A DNA stretch of 64,000 nucleotides, taken from Gammaproteobacteria bacterium. GTDB taxonomy: Bacteria > Pseudomonadota > Gammaproteobacteria > SZUA-152. Positions 1 through 10,424 of this stretch are shown here, piece by piece. The position numbers were made by a program, and so were the translations under genes. Each line of letters opens with the position of its first letter. The stretch's first letter is position 1. Under the pieces are notes generated by a model, which ran no database searches, was not told where the DNA came from, and saw only the letters and a list, made by a program, of their open reading frames with translations. The stretch is from contig JAKISS010000003.1 in assembly GCA_021648485.1 (NCBI GenBank), positions 3,988-67,987 of the forward strand. The letters run 5' to 3'.

Positions 1-123
1 AGGGCTTGGCTTTCTGCCGCGCAGCGGCTTCGTTCAACAAGTAGCTGCAGGGGATGCTACGCAAAAAACGCTCCGCTGAGCAAGGCGTTGATATGATTTC
101 CCCTTGTCAATAGGCAATAGCCA

Positions 124-152
124 GCTAAACCAAAAATATTTTGGTTTAGCTC
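124..152. terminator. Palindromic hairpin (AGCTAAACCAA-loop-TTGGTTTAGCT) downstream of topA; possible terminator, orientation ambiguous
   Basis: 11-bp perfect inverted repeat seen directly in the sequence. A weak T-tract follows on the + strand; there is no strong U-run on the - strand. Confidence 0.3.
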
Positions 153-300
153 TTTTCAGATCATCGGATGTGAACACGGAGCTAGTAAAGCGACGATTGA
201 TTGTGCTGTTGCAGGATAACCTCAATTAAAATGTGAGCCAAGAACTAAATCGTAATTAGAGCGTTGCATTACTGTATTTGTATCCCGTGCCAGTCAGGTG

Positions 301-2994
301 CTATTTCACCGTCTTTTTCTTTGCGGTTTTCTTTTTTGCCGCTTTCTTTTTCACGGTTTTTTTCTTCGCTTCGCTCACTACCCATTTTTTGTCGATGTAA
401 TGGGCCGTCCAGCCGGTGGCTTTGCCATCGATTTCGGTCATCACATATTGTTCTTTGTTTTTGCGGCTGAAGCGGATGATGGCGTCGTTGCCTTTGTTAT
501 CTTCCAGCGGGGCATCACACAGATACAGGTGCTTGGGGTCAAGCTCGGATTTATGCGGAATTAGTTCTTTGACTCGCGGCGCACGGGTTTCACGGGAGCG
601 CGGGAATGCGCTGGAGGCAAGAAATATCCCCGCAGCACCATCACGTAATACAAAATAACCGTCAGATTTTTCACACGGCAGTTCTTTCATGTGTACGGGG
701 TCAGCTTTGGGTGGAGCGGCTTCTCCGTTGCGTAAAAGCTTGCGGGTGTTTTTGCATTCTTCGTTGGTGCAGCCAAAATATTTGCCAAAGCGTCCTGTTT
801 TGAGCTGCATGTTGGCTCCGCATTTGTCGCATTCGAGGAGCGGCCCGTCGTAACCTTTGATGCGGAATTTTCCGGTTTCCACTTCGTAGCCGGTGCAATC
901 GGGGCTGTTGCCACAGATGTGGAATTTACGTTGTTCGTCGATCAGATAACTGTCCATGGCGGTGCTACATTTCGGACAGCGCCGACGTTGCATTAATGCG
1001 CGTGCCTCGCTTTCTTCGTCGGTATCTACATCGACGGCTTCGTCACCGGGAATAAGATTCATGGTGGATTTGCAGCGTTCTTTGGGGGGCAGTGCGTAAC
1101 CGGAGCAGCCAAGAAAGACGCCGGTGGAGCCTGCGCGAATCTGCATGGGGCGACCACAGCTGGTGCAGGGGATATCGGTGGTGATGGGGTCGTTGCCGCG
1201 CATGCCGCCTTCATCCTGGTCAGCAATTTCCAGTTTGGATTTAAAGTCTTCGTAAAATGCATCCAGTACGTTTAGCCAGTTGCTTTCACCGGCAGCAATG
1301 GAATCCAGTTTTTGTTCCATGTTGGCTGTGAAGCTGTAGTCCATGAGGTCTTTGAAGTTTTCTGTCAGCCGTTCAGTGACGATATCGCCAATTTTTTCTG
1401 CATAAAAACGTCGGTTTTGTACGGTGACATAGCCTCGATCCTGGATGGTGGAGATAATGGAAGCGTAGGTGGAGGGGCGACCGATACCACGTTTTTCCAG
1501 TTCTTTTACCAGTGAGGCTTCACTGTATCGCGCAGGCGGTTTGGTAAAATGCTGTGAGGGGTCGAGCTTCACCAGTGACATCACGTCACCTTCTGCAACG
1601 GCGGGCAGGAGTATGTCATCACTGTTTTTTTGTTGTGGTGGCTGTACTTTGGTCCAACCGTCAAACACGACCACGCGGCCTTTAGCGCGCAGTTCAAACC
1701 CGGCGGCATCCACTTTGAGTGTGGTGACATCAAATTTGGCAGGTGGCATCTGGCAGGCGACAAACTGCCGCCAGATCAGTTCGTACAAACGCACAGCGTC
1801 TTTATCGACGTTTTTCAGGTCAGACATCATGGTGTGTACATCGGAGGGGCGAATGGCCTCATGCGCCTCTTGCGCGCCTTCACGGCTGCTGTAAGAAATG
1901 GCTTTTTCAGGTAAATATTTTTTACCGTATTTGTTGCCGATGTAGTCACGCACGGCTGCTACGGCTTCATTGCTGAGGTTGGTGGAGTCAGTTCGCATGT
2001 AGGTGATGTAACCTGCTTCGTAAAGCCGTTGCGCCATCATCATGGTTTTTTTCACACCAAAACTCAGTCGTGTACTTGCGGCCTGTTGCAATGTGGATGT
2101 AATGAAGGGCGCTTTGGGTTTGCTCGACGAGGGTCGTACTTCGCGTTTGACTACGTTGTAATCGGCGCGCTCCAGAATGGCCAATGCCGCATCGGTGAGA
2201 CCTTTGTTGGGTGGGCGGAAATTATGCCCGTTTTGTTTGGCCACCTGCATGCGCAGCGCTTCGCTTTTGGTGGTGCGCAAGTCGGCAAAGACTTCCCAGT
2301 ATTCTTCCGGATTGAAGGCATGAATTTCTCGCTCCCGTTCCACCACCAGTTTGGTGGCGACGGATTGCACACGTCCGGCGGAAAGGCCGCGCGCGAGTTT
2401 TTTCCACAGCAGGGGCGATAACATGTAGCCCACCACACGGTCGAGAAAGCGCCGGGCTTGCTGGGCGTGGACTTGATCGAAGTCCAGTGTGGAGGGGTTG
2501 GCAAAGGCCGACTGAATGGCATTTTGGGTGATTTCGTTAAACACTACGCGTTTGAAGGGTATTTTGTCTCCGATGGCCTGGGTCAGGTGCCAGGCAATAG
2601 CTTCTCCTTCGCGATCCCGGTCAGTGGCGAGATAAATAATGTCAGCATTTTTTGCCAGTTTTTGTAACTCTGCGACGACCTTTTCTTTGCCGGGCATGAT
2701 TTCATAATGCGCATCCCAGTTATTTTCCGGATCCACGCCCATGCGATTCACCAGCGTTTTAGCGGCACGTTCACGTTTGCGTTTTTCACGTTCTTCCGGG
2801 GGCAGCTTGCGTGACTCGGCAGCGAGTTGACCGCGTGCTTTCGGATCCATTTTTGATTTGTTGGCAGCGCTGCCGCTGGTGGGCAAATCACGAATATGGC
2901 CCACGCTGGATTTCACAATAAAATCCTTGCCCAGGTACTTGTTGATCGTTTTTGCCTTGGCCGGTGATTCGACGATGACCAGTGATTTTCCCAT
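301..2994 (-). CDS. topA: DNA topoisomerase I (type IA) with C-terminal Zn-ribbon repeats and a lysine-rich tail
   Basis: 897 aa. The N-terminus [22 protein letters not shown]...GHIRDLP is the TOPRIM domain typical of TopA. It has several CxxC Zn-ribbon motifs. The C-terminus is a [21 protein letters not shown] repeat. Confidence 0.95.
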   Translation of the reverse strand: MGKSLVIVESPAKAKTINKYLGKDFIVKSSVGHIRDLPTSGSAANKSKMDPKARGQLAAESRKLPPEEREKRKRERAAKTLVNRMGVDPENNWDAHYEIMPGKEKVVAELQKLAKNADIIYLATDRDREGEAIAWHLTQAIGDKIPFKRVVFNEITQNAIQSAFANPSTLDFDQVHAQQARRFLDRVVGYMLSPLLWKKLARGLSAGRVQSVATKLVVEREREIHAFNPEEYWEVFADLRTTKSEALRMQVAKQNGHNFRPPNKGLTDAALAILERADYNVVKREVRPSSSKPKAPFITSTLQQAASTRLSFGVKKTMMMAQRLYEAGYITYMRTDSTNLSNEAVAAVRDYIGNKYGKKYLPEKAISYSSREGAQEAHEAIRPSDVHTMMSDLKNVDKDAVRLYELIWRQFVACQMPPAKFDVTTLKVDAAGFELRAKGRVVVFDGWTKVQPPQQKNSDDILLPAVAEGDVMSLVKLDPSQHFTKPPARYSEASLVKELEKRGIGRPSTYASIISTIQDRGYVTVQNRRFYAEKIGDIVTERLTENFKDLMDYSFTANMEQKLDSIAAGESNWLNVLDAFYEDFKSKLEIADQDEGGMRGNDPITTDIPCTSCGRPMQIRAGSTGVFLGCSGYALPPKERCKSTMNLIPGDEAVDVDTDEESEARALMQRRRCPKCSTAMDSYLIDEQRKFHICGNSPDCTGYEVETGKFRIKGYDGPLLECDKCGANMQLKTGRFGKYFGCTNEECKNTRKLLRNGEAAPPKADPVHMKELPCEKSDGYFVLRDGAAGIFLASSAFPRSRETRAPRVKELIPHKSELDPKHLYLCDAPLEDNKGNDAIIRFSRKNKEQYVMTEIDGKATGWTAHYIDKKWVVSEAKKKTVKKKAAKKKTAKKKTVK

Positions 2995-3245
2995 AATTTC
3001 TTTTTCTTTCAGTAAGTTAATGTGTTTTTGATAATTTGGCCGCAGCCCTTTATTAGGAATACTTGGAGTTTCCCCCTGCTGTCAAGTGGGGAAGTTCGGC
3101 AGTATGACAATATTTTTAAGGTTTTGATGCCATTTATTTTATGGCCACACTCATTCAGTGGCTATGGAGAGGCGGGTGAGCGGTGGGCAAAAACCGGGGA
3201 CAGGGAAAGTCGCTGCCGGACGATAAATAACGGAAATGCAAAAGA

Positions 3246-3455
3246 TCAATCATCCAGCCGAATGCCTACTTTCAGTTTGACCTGGAAGTGGGCAATCTTA
3301 CCATTTTGCAAATGGCCGCGGGTTTCGGTGACCTCGAACCAGTCCACGTTACGCAATGTTTTGGCGGCGCGTTCAATGGCATTGTGAATGGCATCATCGC
3401 TACTCTTGGGGGATGAGCCGACCAGCTCAATAAGTTTATAAGTGTGGTTTGACAT
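3246..3455 (-). CDS. Dodecin-family small flavin-binding protein
   Basis: MSNHTYKLIELVGSSP..AI..A...A..T.R...WFEV...RGH...G..AHFQV.LKVG.RL matches the ~70 aa dodecin pattern. An AGGAG lies about 9 nt upstream of this ATG, so the 3455 start is preferred over the ORF-track start at 3476. Confidence 0.6.
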   Translation of the reverse strand: MSNHTYKLIELVGSSPKSSDDAIHNAIERAAKTLRNVDWFEVTETRGHLQNGKIAHFQVKLKVGIRLDD

Positions 3456-3570
3456 GGGTTGTGCTCCTGTTGTCATGATTACGTTGCTTCGGTCTTAGTG
3501 TAATCAGTATTGGCGTGAAATTTTTTGATATTACGTGTAGCCTTGTGGACTGATCTACGGGAGCAATGAT

Positions 3571-3957
3571 ATGGCGGCGCTCATACAATTCAAGGGCAAT
3601 GCGCAGGGCGTGATACTGCGCTTGGAAAGTCTTGTGTCGCGCATAGGCCGCAGTACGGAAAACGACATTACGATTCATGATGAACTGGTCAGTAAACATC
3701 ATGCGCAGATTGAGGCGCGGCATGTTGCTGAGCAGACAAATATGTTTGAATATTTTATTGAAGACTGCGGCAGTACCAATGGCACATTTGTCAATGACCA
3801 GCGTATTGATGCCTGCCAGCTAAAGAATAACGATGTGGTTCGTTTTGGCATTAATCATTTTCGTTTTGTCGATGACGCAAATGACGATCTGGCGGCCACC
3901 ACTAAAATCCATAAAACCTGGATTCCAGGTGTGTATGTGTCAACACGCAAAAAATAA
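3571..3957 (+). CDS. Standalone FHA (forkhead-associated) domain protein
   Basis: GRS.ENDI.I.D..VS..HA.I......EDCGSTNGTFVN.QRI....L...D.VRFG are the canonical FHA motifs. 128 aa. Confidence 0.75.
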   Translation: MAALIQFKGNAQGVILRLESLVSRIGRSTENDITIHDELVSKHHAQIEARHVAEQTNMFEYFIEDCGSTNGTFVNDQRIDACQLKNNDVVRFGINHFRFVDDANDDLAATTKIHKTWIPGVYVSTRKK

Positions 3958-3994
3958 GAAAAATCGCTTTTTGCGGTATATTCAATGCCGTCGA

Positions 3995-4351
3995 TTAAAT
4001 GTAAACATCAATGTGGGTGACAGGTTGTTCGTTTTCATTTGTAACCGTTTGAGTGCTGCCCATATTGCGTCGATCATGACCGCTGCGTGTATCAAGCAAC
4101 ACAGATTTTTGTTGTTGACGACGCTCCTGTTTTCTTCTCTGGCGCTGGTTTCGTTTTACGTTTTGTTGAGGTGCAGGAGCCGCCTTTTCGTGTGCTTTCA
4201 CCGCTGGTGTGGCTGGGTAAGCCTGTGTTTCCTTGACATTGCGGTTGTTGGTTTTGGTGGTGTAAAGGGCTGCGCTATCGTTAGTTACCATGGTTACCGA
4301 GGTCATGTGAACCCCCTTGCCGATTTGAATAATATGACCAAGTATAGCCAA
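3995..4351 (-). CDS. Hypothetical Lys/Arg/Gln-rich low-complexity protein; could be non-coding
   Basis: ORF only. The protein is strongly basic and low-complexity (RNQRQRRKQERRQQQK) with no recognisable domain. It is convergent with the FHA gene. Confidence 0.25.
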   Translation of the reverse strand: MAILGHIIQIGKGVHMTSVTMVTNDSAALYTTKTNNRNVKETQAYPATPAVKAHEKAAPAPQQNVKRNQRQRRKQERRQQQKSVLLDTRSGHDRRNMGSTQTVTNENEQPVTHIDVYI

Positions 4352-4490
4352 AATACGGGTTGAATGTTGAGATGCAAGACAGTATCAAGCGAGTTTGTTA
4401 TAGTCCGGCAGCCGCAGTAGTGCGTCGTGGTTTGGTGTCTAGCCCGGTGTATTTTGCCCCTTTTTCAAATGGCTCAGGAAGGTCAAATAT

Positions 4491-5237
4491 ATGCGTTCAT
4501 TTTTTCAACGGTTTTGCATTGCTATGTTGTTTTTGTCTTCCGTTGCGGCGGTATCCGCAGACGAAGCGCAAGGGTCGATTCGTGGCACGGTTAATTATTG
4601 TGGTCTGGGCGGGTTGGATGGTATGCAGGTTTATGTGCCAGGAAGAATGTTTACGGTCATTACGGATGAGAGCGGACAGTTTCAGTTCGACGGTTTAGGG
4701 GCAGGAAGTTACACCCTGTTCTACCGTAAAGGTGACCGTTTGTTGAATCAGAACCGGGGGGTTCAGGTACTGGCAGGGCAAACCTCAGAATTGGGCGTTA
4801 TTGCTTTTTGTGATCGCAAGGGCATGGTTTCAGGGGGAGGAAGTGTATCGACTGCGATCACACCTGCGCAGCCATTATGCACAGCATCCAGCAATGACCC
4901 GCAATGCAAAGATGCCGACGGTGATGGTGTGGTTGCCGCACTGGATTGTGATGATGACAATGCCAATATTTATCCAGGTGCTATCGAAATCTGTGATGGT
5001 ATTGATAACAATTGCAGTGGTACAGCAGATGAGAATGTCTCCGTGTTGGTGAAACATGGCATGGGTACTTGCGATGCTGGCAAGGTATCAATTACGCAAT
5101 GCTCAAAGGGGTACAGTGATTGTGACGGGCAGGTGGCCAATGGTTGTGAAGTGGACTTGATCAGGGACGATGAAAACTGTGGAAGTTGCGGAAATATGTG
5201 CGCCGCATCAGAAAGCTGTGGTTTGGGTTTTTGTTAA
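4491..5237 (+). CDS. Secreted protein: signal peptide, carboxypeptidase-regulatory-like (CarD_reg) beta-sandwich, and MopE-like Asp/Cys-rich metal-binding repeats
   Basis: An N-terminal hydrophobic signal ends in A-VSA. GTVNYCGL..GMQVYVPGRMFTVITDESGQFQFDGLGAGSYTL is typical of the CarD_reg domain. Repeats of DADGDG...DCDDDNANIYPGAIEICDGIDNNC resemble the putative metal-binding motif of myxobacterial MopE-like proteins. Confidence 0.6.
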   Translation: MRSFFQRFCIAMLFLSSVAAVSADEAQGSIRGTVNYCGLGGLDGMQVYVPGRMFTVITDESGQFQFDGLGAGSYTLFYRKGDRLLNQNRGVQVLAGQTSELGVIAFCDRKGMVSGGGSVSTAITPAQPLCTASSNDPQCKDADGDGVVAALDCDDDNANIYPGAIEICDGIDNNCSGTADENVSVLVKHGMGTCDAGKVSITQCSKGYSDCDGQVANGCEVDLIRDDENCGSCGNMCAASESCGLGFC

Positions 5238-5281
5238 GGGTTACCTTATATTTTCAGAGTAGTAAGCGCTGGCTTTTCCTC

Positions 5282-6457
5282 TCAGTCTTTCAGGCTGGCC
5301 CGTGCGGCCATAATATCTTCCCGGGTTAGCATGCCCACAAGTTTGCGTTTGTCATCCACCACCGGCAAGTGATGAATGTGATGTTGATTGAACAGGTTGA
5401 TCTTGTCGGCAATACGCTCGTCCTGCCGGGTGGTAATTGCCGGGCTGTTCATGATTTGCCCCACCACTTCTGCTTTGCTTGATTCAAACCCCGGCGTACG
5501 TTGACGCAATCGGGCGAGACGCTCAGCCATGCTGTGCGATTCCGGCAGTGGTGTGTCAGTGCTGTCGCTGGCCAGATGCACGAAATTGCTTACCGTAACG
5601 ATGCCAATAACGTGTTGAAAATTATCCACCACCGGTACGCCGCGAATATTGTGTTGTTCAAACAACTGCCATACTTCTTCCAGTTCTGTGCCGTATTGCA
5701 CGGATAAGGCGGGCTGCGACATGATCTCGGCACAACGCATATCACCAAAACCCTGGCCGTGGGCCTGTTGCAGGGCTCGCGCGTAAATTTTGTGCAAATC
5801 CTGCTGGCTGATATCGATAAAAGTACCCATTTCGGAAATAGCACGGCTGAGATCATCCTGGTCAAAAGGTGCGGTGCTGGCTAACCATTCCTCGTTGCTA
5901 CGCTGCCAATTGTGATCCAGGGTTTGCTGATGGCCTGTGCTTTGTTGATTAATGCCCGCCAAGCGCCAGTAGACGAGCGTCACGGCCAGCATGATTGCTA
6001 CATTGAGTAACACCGGGGTAAGCACATATTGATAGCCCAGTGATTGTATGGAATCGCCACCCAGTACCGCCATCAGTGCTGCGGCTCCACCGGGTGGGTG
6101 CAGGCAGCGCAAATAATGCATGGCAAGGATGGCAGCGGCCACGGCCACCGCAGTTGCCAGTGCGATATGCGGTATCCACAGGGCGCAGGTGACACCGATT
6201 ACCGCCGATACCAGATGGCCGCCTGCAAAGGCCCAGGGGGTGGACAGCTTGCTGCTGGGGACGACAAACAACAACACCGCAGCGGCACCCATGGAGGCCA
6301 CCATGATGGGCAGATCGTAGCCAGTGAGGATCAGCTGGCTGACCAGGCCCACTAAAGCGACGGCGACCAGAGCCGCGCTCGCTGAAAGCAGGATACTTTT
6401 GTGGGTGAGATTGGTTTGCCGGGCAAACCAGTGTGAAAGCGGAGGCAATCGGGGCAT
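5282..6457 (-). CDS. HPP-family membrane protein fused to a C-terminal CBS-domain pair
   Basis: The N-terminal half is polytopic and hydrophobic (HPP family-like). The C-terminal half has two CBS-like repeats (IM..PAITT...; HHLPVVDDKRKLVGMLTREDIM). Confidence 0.65.
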   Translation of the reverse strand: MPRLPPLSHWFARQTNLTHKSILLSASAALVAVALVGLVSQLILTGYDLPIMVASMGAAAVLLFVVPSSKLSTPWAFAGGHLVSAVIGVTCALWIPHIALATAVAVAAAILAMHYLRCLHPPGGAAALMAVLGGDSIQSLGYQYVLTPVLLNVAIMLAVTLVYWRLAGINQQSTGHQQTLDHNWQRSNEEWLASTAPFDQDDLSRAISEMGTFIDISQQDLHKIYARALQQAHGQGFGDMRCAEIMSQPALSVQYGTELEEVWQLFEQHNIRGVPVVDNFQHVIGIVTVSNFVHLASDSTDTPLPESHSMAERLARLRQRTPGFESSKAEVVGQIMNSPAITTRQDERIADKINLFNQHHIHHLPVVDDKRKLVGMLTREDIMAARASLKD

Positions 6458-6577
6458 ATAGAGTAATTTGTGTGTTGCTGGTTCCGAGGGGTGAGTTCCA
6501 GAAGTCTAGCCCGGATGCCATTGCTACGGTAGGTGTATATCAGGGTATTTACCTATCTTCATGTGGAATTCTGGCAT

Positions 6578-6618
6578 AAAAAAGGCGGGACACCCAATGA
6601 GGTGCCCCGCCTTTATTG
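6578..6618 (-). terminator. Rho-independent terminator for the small secreted-protein gene
   Basis: GGCGGGGCAC…GTGTCCCGCC stem followed by TTTTTTAT on the minus strand. It sits immediately downstream of the CDS ending at 6638. Confidence 0.5.
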
Positions 6619-6637
6619 TTGTGTTGGCTGGGAAGGC

Positions 6638-6928
6638 TTAGAAAGTAACACCTACCGCATTTAAATCACCGTCGTCATTTTCTTCGTAGTTCACCATCAG
6701 GCTGCCAGCAAAACCTTTCAGGCCAGTGATAATTTCTTGCGTAGCGATGAAAGTAATGGGGCTGCTGGACTCTGCATCACGAATGGTGAAAGTGTGTTTG
6801 GTGGCATCTACCGACATGAGTTGACCCATGTGAGTGGCTGGCCCCATAGATTCGCAAGCCAGTGCTGCGCTGGAAGCGAACAGAGCACCTGCTAACAAAA
6901 TGCCGCTCAATATATTTTGTTGATACAT
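6638..6928 (-). CDS. Small secreted (signal-peptide) hypothetical protein
   Basis: 96 aa. N-terminal signal peptide ending ...SSAALA. The acidic mature part has no recognisable domain. It is followed by a strong terminator. Confidence 0.45.
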   Translation of the reverse strand: MYQQNILSGILLAGALFASSAALACESMGPATHMGQLMSVDATKHTFTIRDAESSSPITFIATQEIITGLKGFAGSLMVNYEENDDGDLNAVGVTF

Positions 6929-7208
6929 GACTAAGTTCTCCTGTGAGTGTGTTGTTGGAAATGTAAAAAAACCCGATAAAACTAATCAACATTTTCCTCT
7001 GGATTGTGAGTGCATTCCTGCCACTTCGCAAGCACAAATCGGCAAATTCTTTGTCTATTGTTTTGTGATGAAGTTCACATTTCTGTCATACGCAGGCTTT
7101 ATGATCAGCCGATAGAAAAAGTGGATAAGGATGTTCTGGCAGCGGAACCCGAATATCAGAAAATAACGTCTATAGAGTACGGATTGCAGCAAATAACATG
7201 GAGATATC

Positions 7209-7445
7209 ATGATGAAGCTGGAAAAACTGGAACGCGCATTACGCCATATGTCGAACAAGGCATTAATGAAATTTGTGAAACGCTGTGTATGCCGAAGTCT
7301 GCCAGGCGTGGGTGATGCCGCAGATGATTCCCGCGAAGCGCTGGATATGGTGTACGTGGAGTGTAGTCGTCGCGGCAAAGAACGCCTTTATGATACGGCC
7401 TATGCCTATGTGGCACATCATCCGGATCGTTGTAATATTTATTAA
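7209..7445 (+). CDS. Hypothetical small protein; coding status uncertain
   Basis: 78 aa ORF (MMKLEKLERALRHMSNKALMKFVKRCVCR...). It overlaps an alternative 101 aa ORF (7010..7315) in another frame. Neither is assignable. Confidence 0.25.
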   Translation: MMKLEKLERALRHMSNKALMKFVKRCVCRSLPGVGDAADDSREALDMVYVECSRRGKERLYDTAYAYVAHHPDRCNIY

Positions 7446-7530
7446 TGTAATTTTTCGGAAATGGTTGAGTAACTCCGGGAGGTCTTCGGATGCGAGGGTG
7501 TATTTGCAAATTAATCAGGTGTTTTGTTGA

Positions 7531-8403
7531 TTAACGTGAATTTCTGTGTCGTAAGAAGCTGGCAAATCGGGGAATTCCTTTGTTTGTCAGACCAAAATAT
7601 TTGTAGGTAATCGTTGAGCCGATTGCCGGTGGGTTTTTCCTTTCAGCATCAGAAAATCCGGAGCCAATTTTAAAACGTTTTCCACTCGCGGCTTCGACGA
7701 GCATTGAGCCCAGCATTCCCGTATATTTTCCTTTCCCCGGAATGTGTTTGATGACGATAGCTTCAGCATCAAAGTATTTTTTTACTTTTAATAGGTTCTC
7801 AGATCTTCCTTTTTTATACAGTGAAAAACCCGAGTGCAACATTAAACCTTCACCACCTTGCTGGACGATATTGTCGAGCTTGCTCATTAATGCTTCATTT
7901 GTTGAAACCTTTGTCTGATCAACAGCTTGTATGTGCGGCACGTTAATATCGCGGACTATTTTTTTAAGTTGTTTTAGCCGACGATCAAAAATTTGTAGGC
8001 TGTCAGGTAAATCAAAAATCATAAATTTAATATTTTTCCACTCAGAGTCATCAGGTGATTGTCGTCTCACCATGCCAGGTAGCTGCTCAAACTTTCCTCT
8101 GCCCATCCAAAGTTCGCCATCCAATACTGTCTTGGGCAGGGGCAATAAAAACCATTCAGGGGCATGAAAAATATTGCCTTGACGTGAAATGAAGTTTTTA
8201 CCGTTCCAGAAAGCCCGTACGCCATCCAGTTTTTCACTGACCCAATAGTTTTCTAACATAATTCCGGGCTGATAAATATTGGCGAGCAGCAAGGCTGGTG
8301 CTTGTTGGGTATTGCCAGGTGGAATGGATGATGCAGAAGCAGGTGGAAAAAGAAATGCCGACGAGAGCAATAAGCATTGGAATAAAACAAAGCAGGGTTT
8401 CAT
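7531..8403 (-). CDS. Periplasmic ATP-dependent DNA ligase (Lig E type) with N-terminal signal peptide
   Basis: Signal peptide MKPCFVLFQCLLLSSAFLFPPASA. Adenylation motif KLDGVRAF (KxDG). Conserved ligase blocks LEG.V..GGEGLMLH and FKIGSGFSD. The ~270 aa mature size matches the minimal Lig E/LigA-type ATP ligases of Neisseria and Haemophilus. Confidence 0.8.
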   Translation of the reverse strand: MKPCFVLFQCLLLSSAFLFPPASASSIPPGNTQQAPALLLANIYQPGIMLENYWVSEKLDGVRAFWNGKNFISRQGNIFHAPEWFLLPLPKTVLDGELWMGRGKFEQLPGMVRRQSPDDSEWKNIKFMIFDLPDSLQIFDRRLKQLKKIVRDINVPHIQAVDQTKVSTNEALMSKLDNIVQQGGEGLMLHSGFSLYKKGRSENLLKVKKYFDAEAIVIKHIPGKGKYTGMLGSMLVEAASGKRFKIGSGFSDAERKNPPAIGSTITYKYFGLTNKGIPRFASFLRHRNSR

Positions 8404-8705
8404 GAATTAATCCCTTCCGTGGTATTGATTCAGTTGTTATTGTTTATGTGCTGCCATGCCTGAATCCCAATGGATATAGGCAGAAGACTTATAGTAATGT
8501 GCTGACAATCTATTTTGCCCTGTATTGAGGAGAAAGTCAGGCAATTTATCTGGGAGTTAGTGGCATCGTTTACCTCGTGGGTATCATTTCCGTGATGATG
8601 TTGTTTAATATGCCATTAAATGCTTTTCTGGGGGAGTATCCATAAATGCCACAAAATGAGAGTAGCCTCCGTTCTAACGCTCTTTATTATAATAAAATAC
8701 ATCGT

Positions 8706-9389
8706 ATGATGAAATTAATGCTTGGGTTTTTAGTGCTTTTGTTGACCGTGGCGTGTTCAACGAAACCGTACGTAGTGAAATTTGTTGAAAATACATTGTC
8801 AGAAAAAACCAATAAAATTTATGTAATAAGTCATGATTGGCATACAGGATTTATAATACCTAAAAATAAAATTCAACATCTTATTCCTGTATTAACAAAA
8901 CGATTTGATAATGCTGATCTTCTTGAATTCGGCTGGGGTGACAAAGGGTTTTATCAATCCAGGAAAATGACAGCCGGTTTGGTTTTTAGCGCTATGTTCT
9001 GGCCAACAGAATCTGTTGTTCATGTCGTTGCCGTTTCGGGAAACTCACACGGGTTTTTTGCCAACAGTGAAATTGAACCTGTTTACCTTAGTGATGAAGG
9101 ATATGACTCGCTGTTAAAATATATTTCGGACAGTTTTCGTAGGAACGAAAAAAAAGAAATAATTGAACTTGAAAAAGGGTTGTATGGCGACAGTCAGTTT
9201 TATGCTGGAGAAGGTGATTATTTTTTAATGAACACCTGTAATAAATGGACGGCAAAGGGTTTAAAAAGTGGGGGAATGGACATTGAAACAACTTTTACAT
9301 TAACGGCCAGTGGGGTAATAGGCTACTTGCAATCACAAAATAAAGCTCGAATCTCAAACGCTACAGGTATATATGCGGCTGATGATTAG
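8706..9389 (+). CDS. Hypothetical lipoprotein (AT-rich gene)
   Basis: MMKLMLGFLVLLLTVAC has a lipobox-like TVAC. The gene has low GC and no confident family. The ORF track begins 20 codons further upstream. Confidence 0.5.
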   Translation: MMKLMLGFLVLLLTVACSTKPYVVKFVENTLSEKTNKIYVISHDWHTGFIIPKNKIQHLIPVLTKRFDNADLLEFGWGDKGFYQSRKMTAGLVFSAMFWPTESVVHVVAVSGNSHGFFANSEIEPVYLSDEGYDSLLKYISDSFRRNEKKEIIELEKGLYGDSQFYAGEGDYFLMNTCNKWTAKGLKSGGMDIETTFTLTASGVIGYLQSQNKARISNATGIYAADD

Positions 9390-9404
9390 TGCTTCAGGTT
9401 ATGG

Positions 9405-10385
9405 TTATCCGCCTGTTACCGACATAAAGCGTACTATTTGTGAAGGTTTTTCATTAAATTCATGGCGCTCAGGTTTGAGTGTGATGGCATGTTGGATCGC
9501 TTCCTGTAAGTCTTTATCGGAAATGCCGTTGCGCAACAATGGACGTAATTCAAATTTGTTGTCCTGCCCCAGGCACAGGTAGAGTGTGCCATCTACCGAC
9601 AAGCGCACCCGGTTGCAGGTTTCACAAAAGTGTTGTGAGATAGGCGTAATAAAACCGATGCGCAGGTCTGTGCCCGCTACTTGCAGATAACGTGCGGGTC
9701 CGCCACCCGGCATGACTCCGGGAACCAGATCAAAACGCTGTTCCAGTTTGGTGCGCACGGTTTGCAAATTTACGTAGTGATCCACCGCATCACATCCTGT
9801 GGTTCCCATGGGCATGGTTTCGATGAAACGCAGGGTGAAGTCATGTTCAATGCAAAAATCCACCATGGCTTCAACGTCATCTTCATTAACGCCTTTCATT
9901 ACCACCATGTTGATTTTGATGGGCGCGAAGCCAGCGGTTTTGGCGGCCATTAATCCATTGATGACTTTTTCCAGTTTGCCACCGGTGATTTCCTGAAAGC
10001 GTTTTGCATCCAGACTGTCCAGGCTGATGTTGAGTCGGCGTATTCCACCTGAGTACAGGTTTTTTGCGTGGCGAGCCAGTTGTACCGCATTGGTGCTTAG
10101 CGAAAGGTCTTCGATGCCCGGCAGGTTTTGCAGGCGGGCTGCCAGTGCGGGCAGGTTTTTGCGTACCAGTGGTTCACCACCGGTGATGCGCACTCGGCGG
10201 GTACCCAATGCACCAAACGCGCGGATGACCCGTTCGATTTCAGCAAAATTTAACCAGTGCTCGGGTTCTTCAAAGTCTTTGAAACCTTTGGGCAAGCAGT
10301 AAAAACAGCGCAGATCGCAACGGTCTGTGACTGACAGACGGATGTAGTCGATGGAGCGGCCATAAGGGTCGATGAGTTGAGACAT
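9405..10385 (-). CDS. moaA: GTP 3',8-cyclase MoaA (molybdenum cofactor biosynthesis, radical SAM)
   Basis: MSQLIDPYGRSIDYIRLSVTDRCDLRCFYCLP carries the CxxxCxxC radical-SAM motif. The C-terminal second Fe-S cysteine cluster is typical of MoaA. 326 aa. Confidence 0.9.
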   Translation of the reverse strand: MSQLIDPYGRSIDYIRLSVTDRCDLRCFYCLPKGFKDFEEPEHWLNFAEIERVIRAFGALGTRRVRITGGEPLVRKNLPALAARLQNLPGIEDLSLSTNAVQLARHAKNLYSGGIRRLNISLDSLDAKRFQEITGGKLEKVINGLMAAKTAGFAPIKINMVVMKGVNEDDVEAMVDFCIEHDFTLRFIETMPMGTTGCDAVDHYVNLQTVRTKLEQRFDLVPGVMPGGGPARYLQVAGTDLRIGFITPISQHFCETCNRVRLSVDGTLYLCLGQDNKFELRPLLRNGISDKDLQEAIQHAITLKPERHEFNEKPSQIVRFMSVTGG

Positions 10386-10424
10386 GTGTTGAGTATAACC
10401 CGGTTACCCAGTGTAATAACTCTC

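Noticed and set aside
7010-7315. Alternative 101 aa ORF overlapping the 7209..7445 ORF
   Set aside because: Cannot discriminate between the two overlapping frames from sequence alone. Neither has homology. Only one was listed, with low confidence.
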